Assembly (NCBI GenBank): GCA_965644265.1
Contig: OZ286459.1
Location: 67,332,001 to 67,396,000 of the forward strand
Direction of reading: 5' to 3'
Origin: Glycera tridactyla
Lineage: Eukaryota
Length of the DNA stretch: 64,000 nucleotides
The notes below the pieces were generated by a model, which was given only the letters and a program-made list of their open reading frames with translations, searched no databases and had not been told where the DNA came from. This document shows positions 37,506 to 50,275 of the stretch, piece by piece. A program made the translations under genes and the position numbers. Position 1 is the first letter of the stretch. The number at the start of each line of letters is the position of its first letter.

Positions 37506-38737
37506 GAATTCCAATATTTTGATGCATTCACGACAGCATAAACATCTGACCGAGTTTCATTCTTACATTGATATCAACAAAGAAGAAGGTCACTGAATCC
37601 AGTCAGTTTGAAGCACCAATAGTTAGTACCAGATCAACATAATGTCAAATCTTAATTGCATTTCTGGTCATCATGTTGAAGAGAATTCCAATATTTTGAT
37701 GCATTCACACGACAGCATCAACGTCTGACCAAGTGGTCCAGCCAGCATCCAGTGTTCAGTCAGAAAAAGCAGAGAAACATGTAAGAAGATAATGGAAGCA
37801 CTTCTGTTGTTGACATCAAATGCAGGACTGCCAGAGAGGGGATATGGCTCATATTTGATTCGACACAAAATGGCACCTATGTTATATCATGAAATCCCAA
37901 ATTATCCAGTTTTGACATTTGGTGGGGACTAATATCTACTGATACACCGGTGGCTCTACTTTCCTAGACATTTAATGCAATGACTCAAAGAATAAATGCT
38001 ATAGCCACTGTATTTTCTTCATCTTCTTCTTCTCCTACTCCTTCTTCTTCTTCTTCTTCTTCTTCTTCTTCTTCTTCTTCTTCTTCTCTCCCTGGCTCTC
38101 TCCCTTCTCTCTTTCTGGACATATCTCACTGATCATTGCCCACTTCACTAATCAAATCATCGCATCCCATTAGATGTAATCAACAAGCACAAAAGCTCAT
38201 TAGGAGACACAGATGAGCACACCAAATTGTCTCATCAAACTTGTGTGCCTATTTTACTATCTCTATTTAGTCCAAATTAGAAAGTTCCCCGACTCTTCAC
38301 TCCCCAAAACACATTTTAAGGACCATTCCTAATTTGACTCATTTTAATGTTACCCAGAATTCCAGTGGAATATGTCACATGGCAAGTCCCGGTATTTGAT
38401 GAGGAAAATAGTGATTTATATAGTGCCGATTTTCATGGAATATCATGAAGGTACCTCTCAAATGAAAAATACATGTACATAAGATTAATCAACACAGTAC
38501 AGTCACTTTTTTCATCTGCCATTCTGTTGCTTTTTGTCTGTACAAATAATCACATGCATGAATTCATGCACACACTTTCATTCAGTGTGCCACATTCAAC
38601 AATACGAAACAGATACACAGTCATATGTGTGAGTATGTGTGCCCACCGTGTGAGTATGTGTGAGTATTTCAGCATCGGGATGTTTTTGTCTTAAAAAGGA
38701 GATATCAAGTTGATGAACTGACAATGTCTCAAGAATA

Positions 38738-38781
<44 letters not shown>

Positions 38782-38885
38782 TTTGGAACACATTTCATGG
38801 ACCTGTTGCCAGTACAATCTGGAAATATGTCTCTGACATGAATTCTATCAATAAAAATGTGTGTGTGTTTGTGTGTGTGTGTCCT
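38782..38885 (+). mobile_element. 3' body fragment of the same SINE
   Basis: TTTGGAACACATTTCATGGACCTGTTGCCAGTACAATCTGGAAATATGTCTCTGACATG matches the copies at 57.95 and 58.24 kb and is followed by (GT)n. Confidence 0.75.
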
Positions 38886-38974
38886 GAACATTGTCTGTTT
38901 GCATACGTGGATAAATGCATGGGCATGTGTGTACCAGACTTCTGTATGGTCATACAAGTGTGTAATGTGTTGTA

Positions 38975-39042
38975 CAGTTCAGGGCGGTCTTGATAGGAAG
39001 GTGGTCTTTATAGAGAGGTGGTCATTAGAGGAGGTTCGACTG
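38975..39042 (+). mobile_element. MITE family A, short deleted copy
   Basis: GGTGGTCTTTATAGAGAGGTGGTC...GGTTCGACTG|TA. Confidence 0.7.
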
Positions 39043-39265
39043 TAGTCTTGTACCAAATAGAATGGGGTCAGTCTCTTTATGGGGGAGGAGCATAGATTGC
39101 GATTTCAGTCATTTGGTCCTACACTCAAACATGTTCTGAACAGCTACACTCACTAAGGGTTAGAATGGTTGCTTAGGCAAGGCAGCTGTTTAGGCCATAT
39201 GAGCTGCATTACACAGGTTTTACTATATTTCGGATTGGTATAAGTTCTTCTCAGTGTAGCATGGT

Positions 39266-39448
39266 CAGGGTCCTACGTTGGTCAGAATTTTTAGGAGACG
39301 GCTATAATTTTTGGTAGCAAGTCCATACATTGTCAATTACAACCTCTCAAAATATTAGGAGCGGCTGGCTCCTAACTTTCGAAATATGGTAGCCAGAGGG
39401 TAAATTTGGTAGCAATTGGCTACCCAGAGGTAGCAACGTAGAGCCCTG
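39266..39448. mobile_element. CAGGG-ended MITE with 5-bp TSD (hAT5-like)
   Basis: TIR CAGGGTCCTACGTT/AACGTAGAGCCCTG (12/14 match); ATGGT repeated at 39261-39265 and 39449-39453. Confidence 0.8.
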
Positions 39449-39784
39449 ATGGTACAGTAGGATGTATTCAAATTTAACTAATAAAGGTTGACCTGAATTT
39501 GCCCCATTGACATGATTGGTTCATCTAATCAGGTACCTTTGGGCAGTCATGGGTCATAGGTTAGTGAATCCAATTCTTGTCATGTGATAACTGTCATGCC
39601 ATGGAGCATGTCTGGCCCAGTTTCCAGCTAAGATATGATCAGTAGATGCTGGCAATTTATTTGGCCTGCATTTCTTGTCATGAATAGTCATGGGATCCAA
39701 CTAATGGCATCTTGTGTTCAGACATATACAAGAGAAATACCTATTGAATTTTAATGACTTCAAATTATCTTTCTCAAGACTGTA

Positions 39785-39961
39785 CAGTCGAACCTCCTCT
39801 GAAGACCACCTCTCTATAAAGACCACCTTCCTATAAAGGCCACCCTGAGCTGCGACCGTGGTAGTATATGCAACAGTAAATGACCTCTTTATAAAGACCA
39901 CCTCCTCATAAAGGCCCCTTTTTGGTGAGACCGAAGGCGTCTTTATAGGGAGGTTCGACTG
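39785..39961 (-). mobile_element. MITE family A, reverse copy
   Basis: TA|CAGTCGAACC...GGTTCGACTG|TA; body reverse-complementary to the other A copies. Confidence 0.9.
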
Positions 39962-41924
39962 TATTGTTGAACTCATATGTAGAGGAGGAATAGTCCAGGC
40001 CAGATGCAATTCAGCAAGCCATGATTGAGGTGAATGGTAAAGTGATGGATTGCAGGAAATTTGGGCAGATCTATCACAGAAATATTTAACAATGACCCTC
40101 AAGTATCGAATACTTCATGCTCTTATCTGCTTAGCTATATTCAATGATTTCAAAGTTATTTGGGTATTACACTGCACTTATGATCTGTGTGTGATAAAGG
40201 AGACATTCAGTAGATTCACAGCTGGTCAATGAAGGATGTGGATTGAGAGATAAGATGCAGGGATACTGATTGTTTTTTGGCCGAGAATGGCACGAAGCAC
40301 GTTTGGACTGTGATGAATGTTGGCATTACTATTCAGAGGAGACAGGTCCGCTTTAATGGGGTTCTACTCAGGCATCACCTACTCATTACGCCACTCTGCA
40401 CACTTTTAATAGACTCCCAGCTGCTCACCTTTTTACTTCCAGAATAATTCATCAAACCTAATTGCTGTAATCTGCCAGATGACCTCATGACCAGGAAACA
40501 CAATTGGTTTGAGATTTCTCTCCATGTGTTGTATTCTCGCATCCGGAAGAAATATTACATGAAAATTAGGGTTATACTGAGCTGAAACTATGAAATGGAT
40601 TGTTTTCCTCAGGATCATCGTTCATGATGAGGAAGTGTGTATGTCCTGTGACCAGTCTGTGAAATCATGGTACAATTACGCCACAATTTATCATGGATTG
40701 ATCCAATTAACTTTGGATTATGTATGATATTTCAAACAATGTAAGGTACAGTGCTAATGTGTGAAATCTTTATATGTTGTAGGTATGTATGATACAAACA
40801 ACCAACACCATGGTTTGTACCACAACCCCAGAATGGTGTGTTCTTAATCGGCTGAATGATTGGAGGCTGGTAAGTTTGTTTGATTGGTATAAATGAACTT
40901 GATTTGTAGATGATCATCATTCATTAAGAAGAGTCACTGAGTCTGAAACATGTGTGAAAGCTGACTAACGATAAGTTTGCAGCGAAATTGTCTCGATTAT
41001 TTACCTCAGATTCAGTTCCAAATAGATGCACACGTTACTTGACTATGCCTTCACACACTACGCATTTATTTGGTTATATGCGGTAAATGATCAACCTGGT
41101 ACAAAATAATTTCATAAGTAATGTTCTATAGTGAGCCATTTTGGCGAATCAGAATTCCGGTCTTCTGTACTGCAGTTGAACCCACCTACATAGACCACCC
41201 TTAGTCGCATCAATAAGTTGTCTCCACAGACAGTCATTTGAGAAGTTTCAACTAGATTTACTTTGGAAAGATGCTGTGCTGACTTGTCCACTTGTGCCAT
41301 GGCTTCATGTTTCCCTGCAATACCCTAGATTATGAATGATCCAGAATAATAACGGTTCTTTTCATGAGTAATGGTGCTATCTTTTCCTGTTGCTGTAACT
41401 GTATTCCTCTGGCTTGAGTATGCAATGAGTGATTGCATGATATAGCGACACTCATTTGTGCTCTGATATTTGTTGTCTCTCCTGTCAAGGTTTCTATGGT
41501 AACTGTATCATTGGACATGCGATCTTACATGTCTACTCCCAAATCAGGCCCTATCTTGGTTCGGAAGAATAGGTTGGTTTTCGGAAGCATTGGCATTCAT
41601 GGGGTTTGTCCCCAAGTGCGCAACAGCATCATGCAATCCGGAGATTTGTATAAGTATCAGGTGGGACGGCAGCCACCATGTGACAAGACACTTGCTGAGA
41701 ATTCTAGCCTTTTCCAAAAAAATATCTGACCATGGGGTATTCGATAGACACCACATGAGGTACTAATAAGGAATGTCTCATGTCCAGGTTTTTTTTTTAT
41801 CTAAGTGTCATCAGAGATCTATATATATATGTCAGCCCTTTTGAACTGAATCTCTCTGTTTCACGATATTTAGTTCAGTGAAGAACCAGGGTGACTGCAC
41901 TCACATGGTTCCTTTTGGTCACAA

Positions 41925-42038
41925 TACAGTATCTGACACAGTACAATGCACGGACACAATCCAGTATTTGACACAGTACAATGCATGGACACAGTACAGT
42001 ATCTGACACAGTACAATGCATGGACACAATACAGTATC
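41925..42038. repeat. 35-bp tandem, 3 copies
   Basis: ATCTGACACAGTACAATGCA at 41931, 41966 and 42001. Confidence 0.9.
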
Positions 42039-44879
42039 ATACAGAATTGGAGTGACACCACCGATCTGGTTCCTGATGCTTAAAACATAGAACATTGCAA
42101 AACCAAAGTGACTGCGCTTCTCTGGTTTCTGATGGCTTCGCTACATCATGATGCTGAACCTAACTACATGTAGCGCTTGGATCTTCACATTGTTAGAAAT
42201 ATCATATCCTATCCCGTGATTTTTGTCATGCCTCTGAGTATGCGGAACTAATATGGTTTTCTCAGCTAGTGACACCCATGTTAGTATGTAATCTCTCGAT
42301 ACTGTCTACTCATCCTGCCCACCCATGATTTGGTGGGAGACAAAGATGGATGCCTTGTGGAAGAAGTTTTTCATGATCAAGTGCTATCTGATACGAATAA
42401 AACTGGAGCCTTGAATAATAGCTGAGATTGAATCTCACCAGCTCGGAAATGATATCCTTCTAGAGACAGGCAACAAGTGGATCAATACTGAGGTGTGTCT
42501 TTCCCAGGTTATCAGGCTGAAAAAGGGCATCCTTCATAATTCAATTCCTCGCTTGTCGCATCACTGTGGCAACGGCACACCAGTAACTAGATATTTTATG
42601 TTGAATTCATACTCAACTCATGAAATATGCATACATTGCCAGGGCAGGATGCATCTTCAATGCTTAGTATTCCTCATCAGTACCTTGTACTTTTAGTCTG
42701 GCAGCATACATTTGTCAGGAATTTAATTTCACAGAGTTGGACGAAGAAGTTCTGGCTGAAAGGAATGGTGTGTTTGTTTTTTGTCGGCAAATTTAATTTC
42801 ACATGATTGATAGAAGTTTTGGCTGAAAGGAATGGCGTGTTTGTTTTTTGGTGGAAAACTTAATTTCACATGATTGAAAGAAGTTTTGTTTTTGGTGTGT
42901 GATCCATTCAGATGGTCTTCTGCAGATAGGAAACTAGAGATTGACTTTCTGCAAAATAGCACTAGTTGTATCGTTAATGGGGCCATTCATTCCTGTGCAC
43001 CTTGAGTAAGCTCCCAATCTGTGAAATATTTTCAAAAATGATATCTATTTCAGAAAAAAATGATCGTTGTGTTTCCTAAGATATCAACATCATTATGATG
43101 AATAACTATACAAATATCCAGGTTGTTACAGGTTTGTGCAGAACCTTCATGAATACTTTTTTGTATAAGACTTGTATTTTCTGACTTATGTACCATAGAA
43201 TTTGTGATAAGCAAGTGTGTAATGTGAAAATACCTTTAAGACTTATCACTTATGGTAATTTTCTGTGAATATGGCTGTCATCAGTAATCACCAGTCTTAT
43301 AGAACAAAATTTCCAGGAATTTGCTAGGCTGACTGGTCACAGGTCCCAATGCATATACAGTACTGAAGAAGTGCACCTTTGTCATGGGGTTCCATAGAGT
43401 ATAATAGGCTCTCATCCGTGTGGACTGTTTGGAGAGAGGGGTAGGCTGGTGTCAGTAGGCTTGATTGATGTGCCTTGTACAGGTGTTATTCAGATTGCAC
43501 ACAATAACAAGAATCATGAAGAGTAGGTAGAGGTGTGTCTGAACTGTCAGCTACTTCAACTTGACAACCTCTCGGGTTCCCATCATCTTGTGTCCAGGGT
43601 TTGTGAGAGTGATGTCTGCAGGGGAGAGAACAGCTTTCATTGACCAGGAACACACAGCATACATAATCCTGTGGGTTGATACATGCCGTTAAACCTCAGC
43701 ATATGCATGCATTGAACATCTTGAAATTGATCATCAGCATTCAGTGGGATCTTCACCCCATCATCTTTCCATCACTTATTCTCATTACAATTTTAGTACA
43801 TTGGTAACGCCATCTAATTCTGAACTGATGGATTTTTTAACCAACAAATATCTTGACCGACAAAACTGGAGTATCGATTCAGTCCTCAAGAGCCTGATAC
43901 ATCTTGTTGGAATGGTTGAACTGTGACAGCAGTAGGAGATTCTGTTTGTGTTGTGTGGTCAATTTGATTTAAAAAAATGTAACAGCAGAATCAGTTTGTG
44001 GAGAATGATTTGAGGGTTGACACCTTGTGATGGCTCGCACTGGTAGTCCCACCCTGACAGTGAGAATGAGTGCATATGACTGTGTGCAGGACCATTAGAT
44101 ACTTTACACTTTAATGATCATCGAAAAACTAGGCCTCTATGCCTTAGTGAGTCAGCAAGAATGAGGTATCTGTCGGAGAAAAAATTTCATTTTGGCGATT
44201 GGATGGGAGGAGTAGGGTGTGTGTTTGTCTGTCTGTCTGTCTGGGTTTGTCTGGGTGTGGATGTTTGTCAGTGTGTGTGTGCGTTTGTGTGTGTGTGTGT
44301 GTGGGTGGGTGTGTGTGTCTGTGTGTGTTTGTGCATGTGTGCATGCATGTGTGCGTGCGTGCATGTGTATGTTTGCTGCAAGCTCATTGCAATACATGTT
44401 ATGATGCAGCATCTTAGTTGGATGTGAGTTTTGATACAACTCTGTGGAGACCACCTGGGATGATTCAGATAACATTGATATGATGGTACATTGTGCAGTT
44501 TGACTTCATTGTACGAATGAATGTGGGCAGATGAATGACAGTATTTCTGTGAATGAGGGTTACTTCAGTTTCTCAATTGCAGCAATCCATCTGCAGTCAC
44601 GATACCACTGACCTCATATTTGTACAGTCCTATTCATCATAAATATAGGCACTTTTCAATATGCTGTCTGTCTATGTGACTTGACAACTTTCAAGCATTT
44701 ACAAAAGACCATCTTGCATGTCACTCAAGACTGATTTTGTCTTTTCTCATAAGTGTAATCAAATGAAGGCTGCCAAAGTAATGCTCCAAAATGTTCTTGT
44801 CACTGAATCACGCTTATTTCAGTAAAAGGATCTGAGATTATTTATGTGGTGAAAGTCATGAGAACCCTCGATAGGGATG

Positions 44880-45025
44880 ACTGCATCCTTGTTGATGACC
44901 TGGTATTCACACCTTATTTTTGTTGTATCAATTATTGATATTGTACACATTTATATTGTATGTATACCATATCAAGACTAAATAAATGACTACTTACTAA
45001 CTTACTTACTTACTTACTTACTTAC
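44880..45025 (+). mobile_element. Probable LINE/SINE 3' terminus with (TACT)n tail
   Basis: AT-rich segment, then AATAAA, then a (TACT)n run; same layout as the tail at 37476-37505. Confidence 0.5.
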
Positions 45026-45339
45026 AGTACCCATCATTGTCATAATGCGCTCATCCTGCAAGCTGGTGGGATGACAGTTTGTAGTCCTGAAAAGCCTCCA
45101 GCGTTCAGTGGTCATCACACATTTTCACACATGTATCTTTCAACACAGATTGGACCGAGTTGTACCCTGCTGCTATATATGATACTAGTTTATGAAATGT
45201 AACAATGTGTTGAGAGTTTACGCAGCCAAGTCATCTCTATTGACTCTATACAGTCAACCTATTCTAAGCAGCCACCCTTCAGGAACTCAAAAAGGGACTG
45301 CCTAGGGTAGGTGAATTATGGTGTAAAAACTTCTGGCAG

Positions 45340-45700
45340 AAAATTCACAAGTGGCTGCTCAAGGCAGGTGGCTGCTTAGGACAGGTTAGACGGTTTTTGA
45401 ACCACTAAAATGGCTAGAAATATAGGATGGGCTAAGAACTCTAGAAGATTTATAAAAACTTTGACAGGAAATTCATGACTGGCTGCTTAAGGCAGGTGGC
45501 TGCTTAGGACAGGTTAGACTGTATTCTGAACCTCTAAAATAGCTGAAAATATGGGATGCTCAAAGAACTCCAGAAGGTTTACAAAAACTTCGACAGGAAC
45601 TTCACAAGTGGCTGCTAAAGGCAGGTGGCTGCTTATACAGGTTAGACTGTATTCTGAACCTCTAAAATAGCTGGAAAAATGGGATGAACTAAGGACTCCA
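45340..45700. repeat. 128-bp tandem, 3 copies, made of a MITE-E end plus flank
   Basis: ACAGGTTAGAC at 45381, 45509 and 45637. Confidence 0.85.
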
Positions 45701-45957
45701 GAAGGCTTGTACATGGTATGCCACATTTCCACACTGGAATGAGCTATTTGCGTGAGTGCTGACATCTGGTCAATATCATCAATGGACATCGACATGTTAG
45801 ATGCATGAAATATGCATTGATTTTGATGGTATCCAGAATTAGCCAATCACATTAACCCCTTCTACCTCACATACATCCATGTCAAAGCTCATATGGGTTA
45901 TTTGATCAATCCAAATACCAAATGAGAACCTGCCTGATGTATCGCCCATTTGAAATA

Positions 45958-46135
45958 CAGTCGAACCTGTCTATAAAGACCGCCTTTGGTCGCAACAAAA
46001 AGTGATCTTTATAGGCAGGTGATCTTTATAGAGAGGTTGTTTACTGTTGAAAATACTACCACGGTCGCAGCTCAGGGTGGTCTTTATAGAGAGGTGGTCT
46101 TTATAGAGAGGTGGTCTTTAGAGCAGGTTCGACTG
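45958..46135 (+). mobile_element. MITE family A
   Basis: TA-flanked TIRs; carries one extra copy of the internal ~18-bp motif. Confidence 0.9.
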
Positions 46136-47119
46136 TATCCACCTTCATTTGGATGGCATGGATTCTTTGCAGAGTGCCAATAATCAAAAGAGATATCTGA
46201 GCATGAATGAGTGCCATCTCTATCAGTTGGATGCTCTTTTATCAAAGTGTTTGATCATGAACCAGTCAATCACAGGAGAAAAGAGCAAAATAATATGATG
46301 AGTACAGTGGAATCTGTGATGAAAGACCCCTCCCAGAAGAGTCCACCTTTGAATATGAACAGTTTTTCTGGGCAGCTTTTCTATTTGATGTTGATTTGAT
46401 GTTGATTTCAATTTGATGTCTAATGTACCTTTGATGAGATATGACCTCTATTTTGAAATCCACTTTTTGTTGACATTCAAGGAATTTCTTCTGAGTAGGT
46501 TAAGTGTATCCACTCCGAAGACCGGGATATGCATGAGTAGCTCATTTTTTTCTGTGATTGTGTGAGTGAATGATTGCCTTGGAGGATCAGTAGCCACATG
46601 ACGAGGGGAGTGAGTTTAGTATGAGCTTCCAGCACTGAATTTTTATAAGGAATGCCCTGAGTGCCGGGCACGAGTGCCTCCCTGGGTACGGCTATGAGGC
46701 CTATATGGCCTTCCCGTGCCCAGCACGAGACGCATTCTGAATTTATCATCCGATTTAACTTTAAAAACGATATTTGAAAGCTTTCGAAGTTTGAAAATCC
46801 TGCCATAACGTTGATTTGAGCGCGCTGTCACGTGATCGAAGCGACCAATCAGGGGGCGGATTCGCATAGTGCTAATCACCCACGACGTAAAGCAGGTCGT
46901 GGAGGCGGGCCGAAAGCACCAGCTTCCCAACACGCTAGACTCAGCATCAGATGATAAGACGTTTTATCAGGATCCCACTTCTTGCTCTATCTGCAAATCT
47001 AGACGGATATTCATACAAAAATGCAGTTGAAGCTGACCACAGAGACCACCATCGGTTACGTGAGAGGGTGGTCTTTGTAGAGAGTTGGCCCTTGTAGAGG
47101 TTGTTCACTTATGCAAGTA

Positions 47120-47295
47120 CAGTAAAACCTGTCTGTAGTGAAAAGTCATGGGCCAGATTTTTATTTTCACTGTAGACAGGATTTCACTATGTACAGGTCA
47201 ATTATAGTGAAAAAAAAAACGTTCGGGCCAGATTTTTCTTCTCACTGTGGACAGGATTTCAGTATAGCAGGATTTCACTACAGCTGGTTTGAATG
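47120..47295 (+). mobile_element. MITE family B
   Basis: Matches both ends of 12686-13805 and the reverse complement of 34412-34605. Confidence 0.85.
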
Positions 47296-47787
47296 TATTT
47301 GAGATATTTTCCTCTACATCTTTTCAGGTGGGTTACCTGGTATGACAAATTTTGGTGTAATGAGAGGAACCAGAAGATTAGCTAATCTATGTCATCCAGA
47401 TGAACCACAAATACCAGGCTAGTGGCATGTTTAACCATCAAATGATGCAATAGGAGTAGATCGATCAATTGAAGGGTCCTAAACTTCACAATTAAACCCT
47501 CATTGTAGCTTTCTGTAGGAGGATGAGGAAAATCTAAGCTCTTGTTTGGATGTGGTTAATAGGCACTCAGATTAATCTCTGCTGCCTTGTAGTGAGTTCA
47601 GAATGCTAGCTGGATCAGTGACTTTATGGTTCCCTGACGGTTGGTGGCGGAGTTTATCAGGTTCAGACACTTGGCACTCAGTGATCTTGTGATCCCACCA
47701 ATCCTTTGTTTGCCTGACTAAAATAGTTTGTAGGCTGCCAACCTGTGATTGTCTTGGCTGTTCCATCCTCCAGTACAAAGTGAAAGC

Positions 47788-48419
47788 TGTGATTAGAGGC
47801 TGCCTTAATAGGATACAATAAACGGTCTTACAAAACAGATGATCTTCTGTCCTATTTTGTGATTAGAGGCTGCCTTAATAGGATACAATAAACGGTCTTA
47901 CAAAACAGATAATCTTCTGTCCTATTTTGTGATTAGAGGCTGCCTTAATAGGATACAATAAACAGTCTTACAAAACAGATAATCTTCTGTCCTATTTTTT
48001 TATTAGAGGCTGCCTTAATAGGATACAATAAACGGTCTCACAAAACAGATAATCTTCTGTCCTATTTTGTGATTAGAGGCTGGCTTAATAGGATACAATA
48101 AACGGTCTTACACAACAGATAATCTTCTATCCTATTTTGTGATTAGAGGCTGCCTTAATAGGATACAATAAATAGTCTTACAAAACAGATAATCTTCTGT
48201 CCTATTTTGTGATTAGAGGCTGCCTTAATAGGATACAATAAACGGTCTTACAAAACAGATAATCTTCTGTCCTATTTTGTGATCAGAGGCTGCCTTAATA
48301 GGACACAATAAACGGTTTTACAAAACAGATAATCTTCTGTCCTATTTTGTGATTAGAGGCTGCCTTAATAGGATACAATAAACGGTCTTACAAAACAGAT
48401 AATCTTCTGTCCTATTTTG
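47788..48419. repeat. Tandem array, 70-bp unit, 9 copies
   Basis: AACGGTCTTA at 47821, 47891 and onward. Confidence 0.97.
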
Positions 48420-49047
48420 AGTATGGCAAAAAGAAAGCGGCTACCATTTGTAGCATCCCAAAAGAGGTGTTCTCTTGTGATACTTTCAGAAACCAAGGTG
48501 AAAATGACATTCCGATCTCCTCATTCATGCCTTTTTAAAGGGAGATATTGAGATTTTAGAAAAGTGATATAGTCTGGAGATATGGCTTGCTCTGTTTAGA
48601 TATGGAGCATTAGCAGTAGTTCGGGATAGCATGAGTGGATAAGTGGCAAATGATGTGCGGAATATAACAATAGTAGGGCTAGCTAAGCATGCACTGAACT
48701 GGATAAAAAATCTTTTGTAACAGATTCTCTTGCCACTGATGATCATCATTTCAGTCCAAAAATATGCCCATTTCTCAAATTCTTCTGTAAAGAAATCTGA
48801 TTCCACCTGGCTTTATCTATAATGGCGTTGGCGCCTGCAATACAGAAAGCACACATGAATATCTCATATAAAAGTGTGATATCGGATAGTTGTTTGTTGA
48901 ATGGTGGCTTGTGCTTGGCTATTCAATTCATTCAGACAGCAGAAAGACAATCTAGCAGAAAGAAAAGCTAGTATGGACACATTCTTGCCCACTCTCTTTT
49001 GTAGAGATCCCATATGAGGGCCTCAAACATAGATTGAACACTAGTAG

Positions 49048-49987
49048 ATCCAAAACCTCTGACGAACGACCAACCGTCTAACGCGACCAGCGACCGGCCT
49101 AAACGGTACAGACTACCTGCGACGAACGACCACTCGAGGCGAATCGGCATCGTAAACAGTGCTGCTATGGGCGATAATCAGGTTACCGTGTATGAACGAA
49201 GAACTCACGACTTCTCAACATCACGCTTCGCTGCTTCAAGACTAAGGCAATTGTCTGGTCGTTCGCGCCTAGACTAAACTTCACTGAGAAGCCGGTGTCG
49301 TTGCGATAACACGTCTACATAACGATTTCTCTGTGAAACATCCATTGTTTATTGCGTAGTCTGGTAGTAGCAAGCAGCAGTCTAGAAGTGATGAAACACA
49401 TGTGCCCCAACGACAATGAGGGAAAATGGTGGGATTTGAACCGTTGTATCAGAAACCGTCTCCATCGGCTTCAAAAACACATATTTCTTATCGATAAAGA
49501 CGTTTTCAGCACAGTTTATGATAACCTTTCGTTCTATGATGATATTTCTTTGCGGATTCAACGTTTCGATAGCAGAATCGTGATTTGTGATGTTGTTGGG
49601 GGCCGGGAATACCCGCATAAATTATGCTTAATGAGGAGTTCCCTTGGAGAAGATGGTTTTACGCCGTTCAATTGGCACGGCCGAAATCGCACGAATTTAC
49701 CATTTCTGGTAAATAATAGCGATATTTCCTCATGAAAACACCGTCTTTTGTTGGAAATGGAACATATATACGTGTCTTTCATGTCGTTTGTAAGTATTTC
49801 GTGAGATTCCCGGCGAATAACGATGTTCAATTAGCGAAACAATGGTGGACGATATTAGAAGTATTTGCTATGTATACATGTGTTCGTGACCGGGCCCAGT
49901 TGATCAAACCTGCGACCAGCGACCACCTGTCTTGAAAGACCACTTTTTCGTGCTTTTTAGGGTGGTTGCTCGTCACAGGTTTTACTG
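49048..49987. mobile_element. Long Tc1/mariner-derived non-autonomous element with CpG-rich interior
   Basis: Right end GGTGGTTGCTCGTCACAGGTTTTACTG|TA; left end AAAACCTCTGACGAACGACC is its imperfect reverse complement but the outer CAGT is lost; internal GCGACCAGCGACC repeats. Confidence 0.7.
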
Positions 49988-50004
49988 TAGTACTGAGTGA
50001 GAAA

Positions 50005-50275
50005 TTATGTCTCCCCCCCTGATGGGGAGACATATAGAATTCGTATTGTCCGTCTGTCCGTCTGTCCGTCTGTCCGTCTGTCCGTCTGTCTGTCACAAAA
50101 CCTTGTGAGCACGATTGCAGCGAAACTACTCATCCGAATTGGATGAAATTTGGAGGGCATATCCCTTGGGATAGTCCAATGAACTGATTAGATTTTGGTC
50201 CATGTGACATAATTTTCAAGATCACCAGGAGCCCAAATTTCACCAAAATTTCACCAAAGAGGTACCAACCTTAAT
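50005..50275 (+). mobile_element. HINE-like element
   Basis: TTATGTCTCCCC...GGGGAGACATA IR, then (GTCC/GTCT)n, then core. A matching GGGGAGACATAT at about 51822 may be a distant 3' subTIR. Confidence 0.7.

Noticed and set aside
35322-37674. LTR retrotransposon or long TSD suggested by ~100-bp direct repeats around an RT
   Set aside because: The RT is LINE-type with a poly(A) signal and tandem tail; the repeats belong to a pre-existing tandem duplication and lack TG...CA ends.
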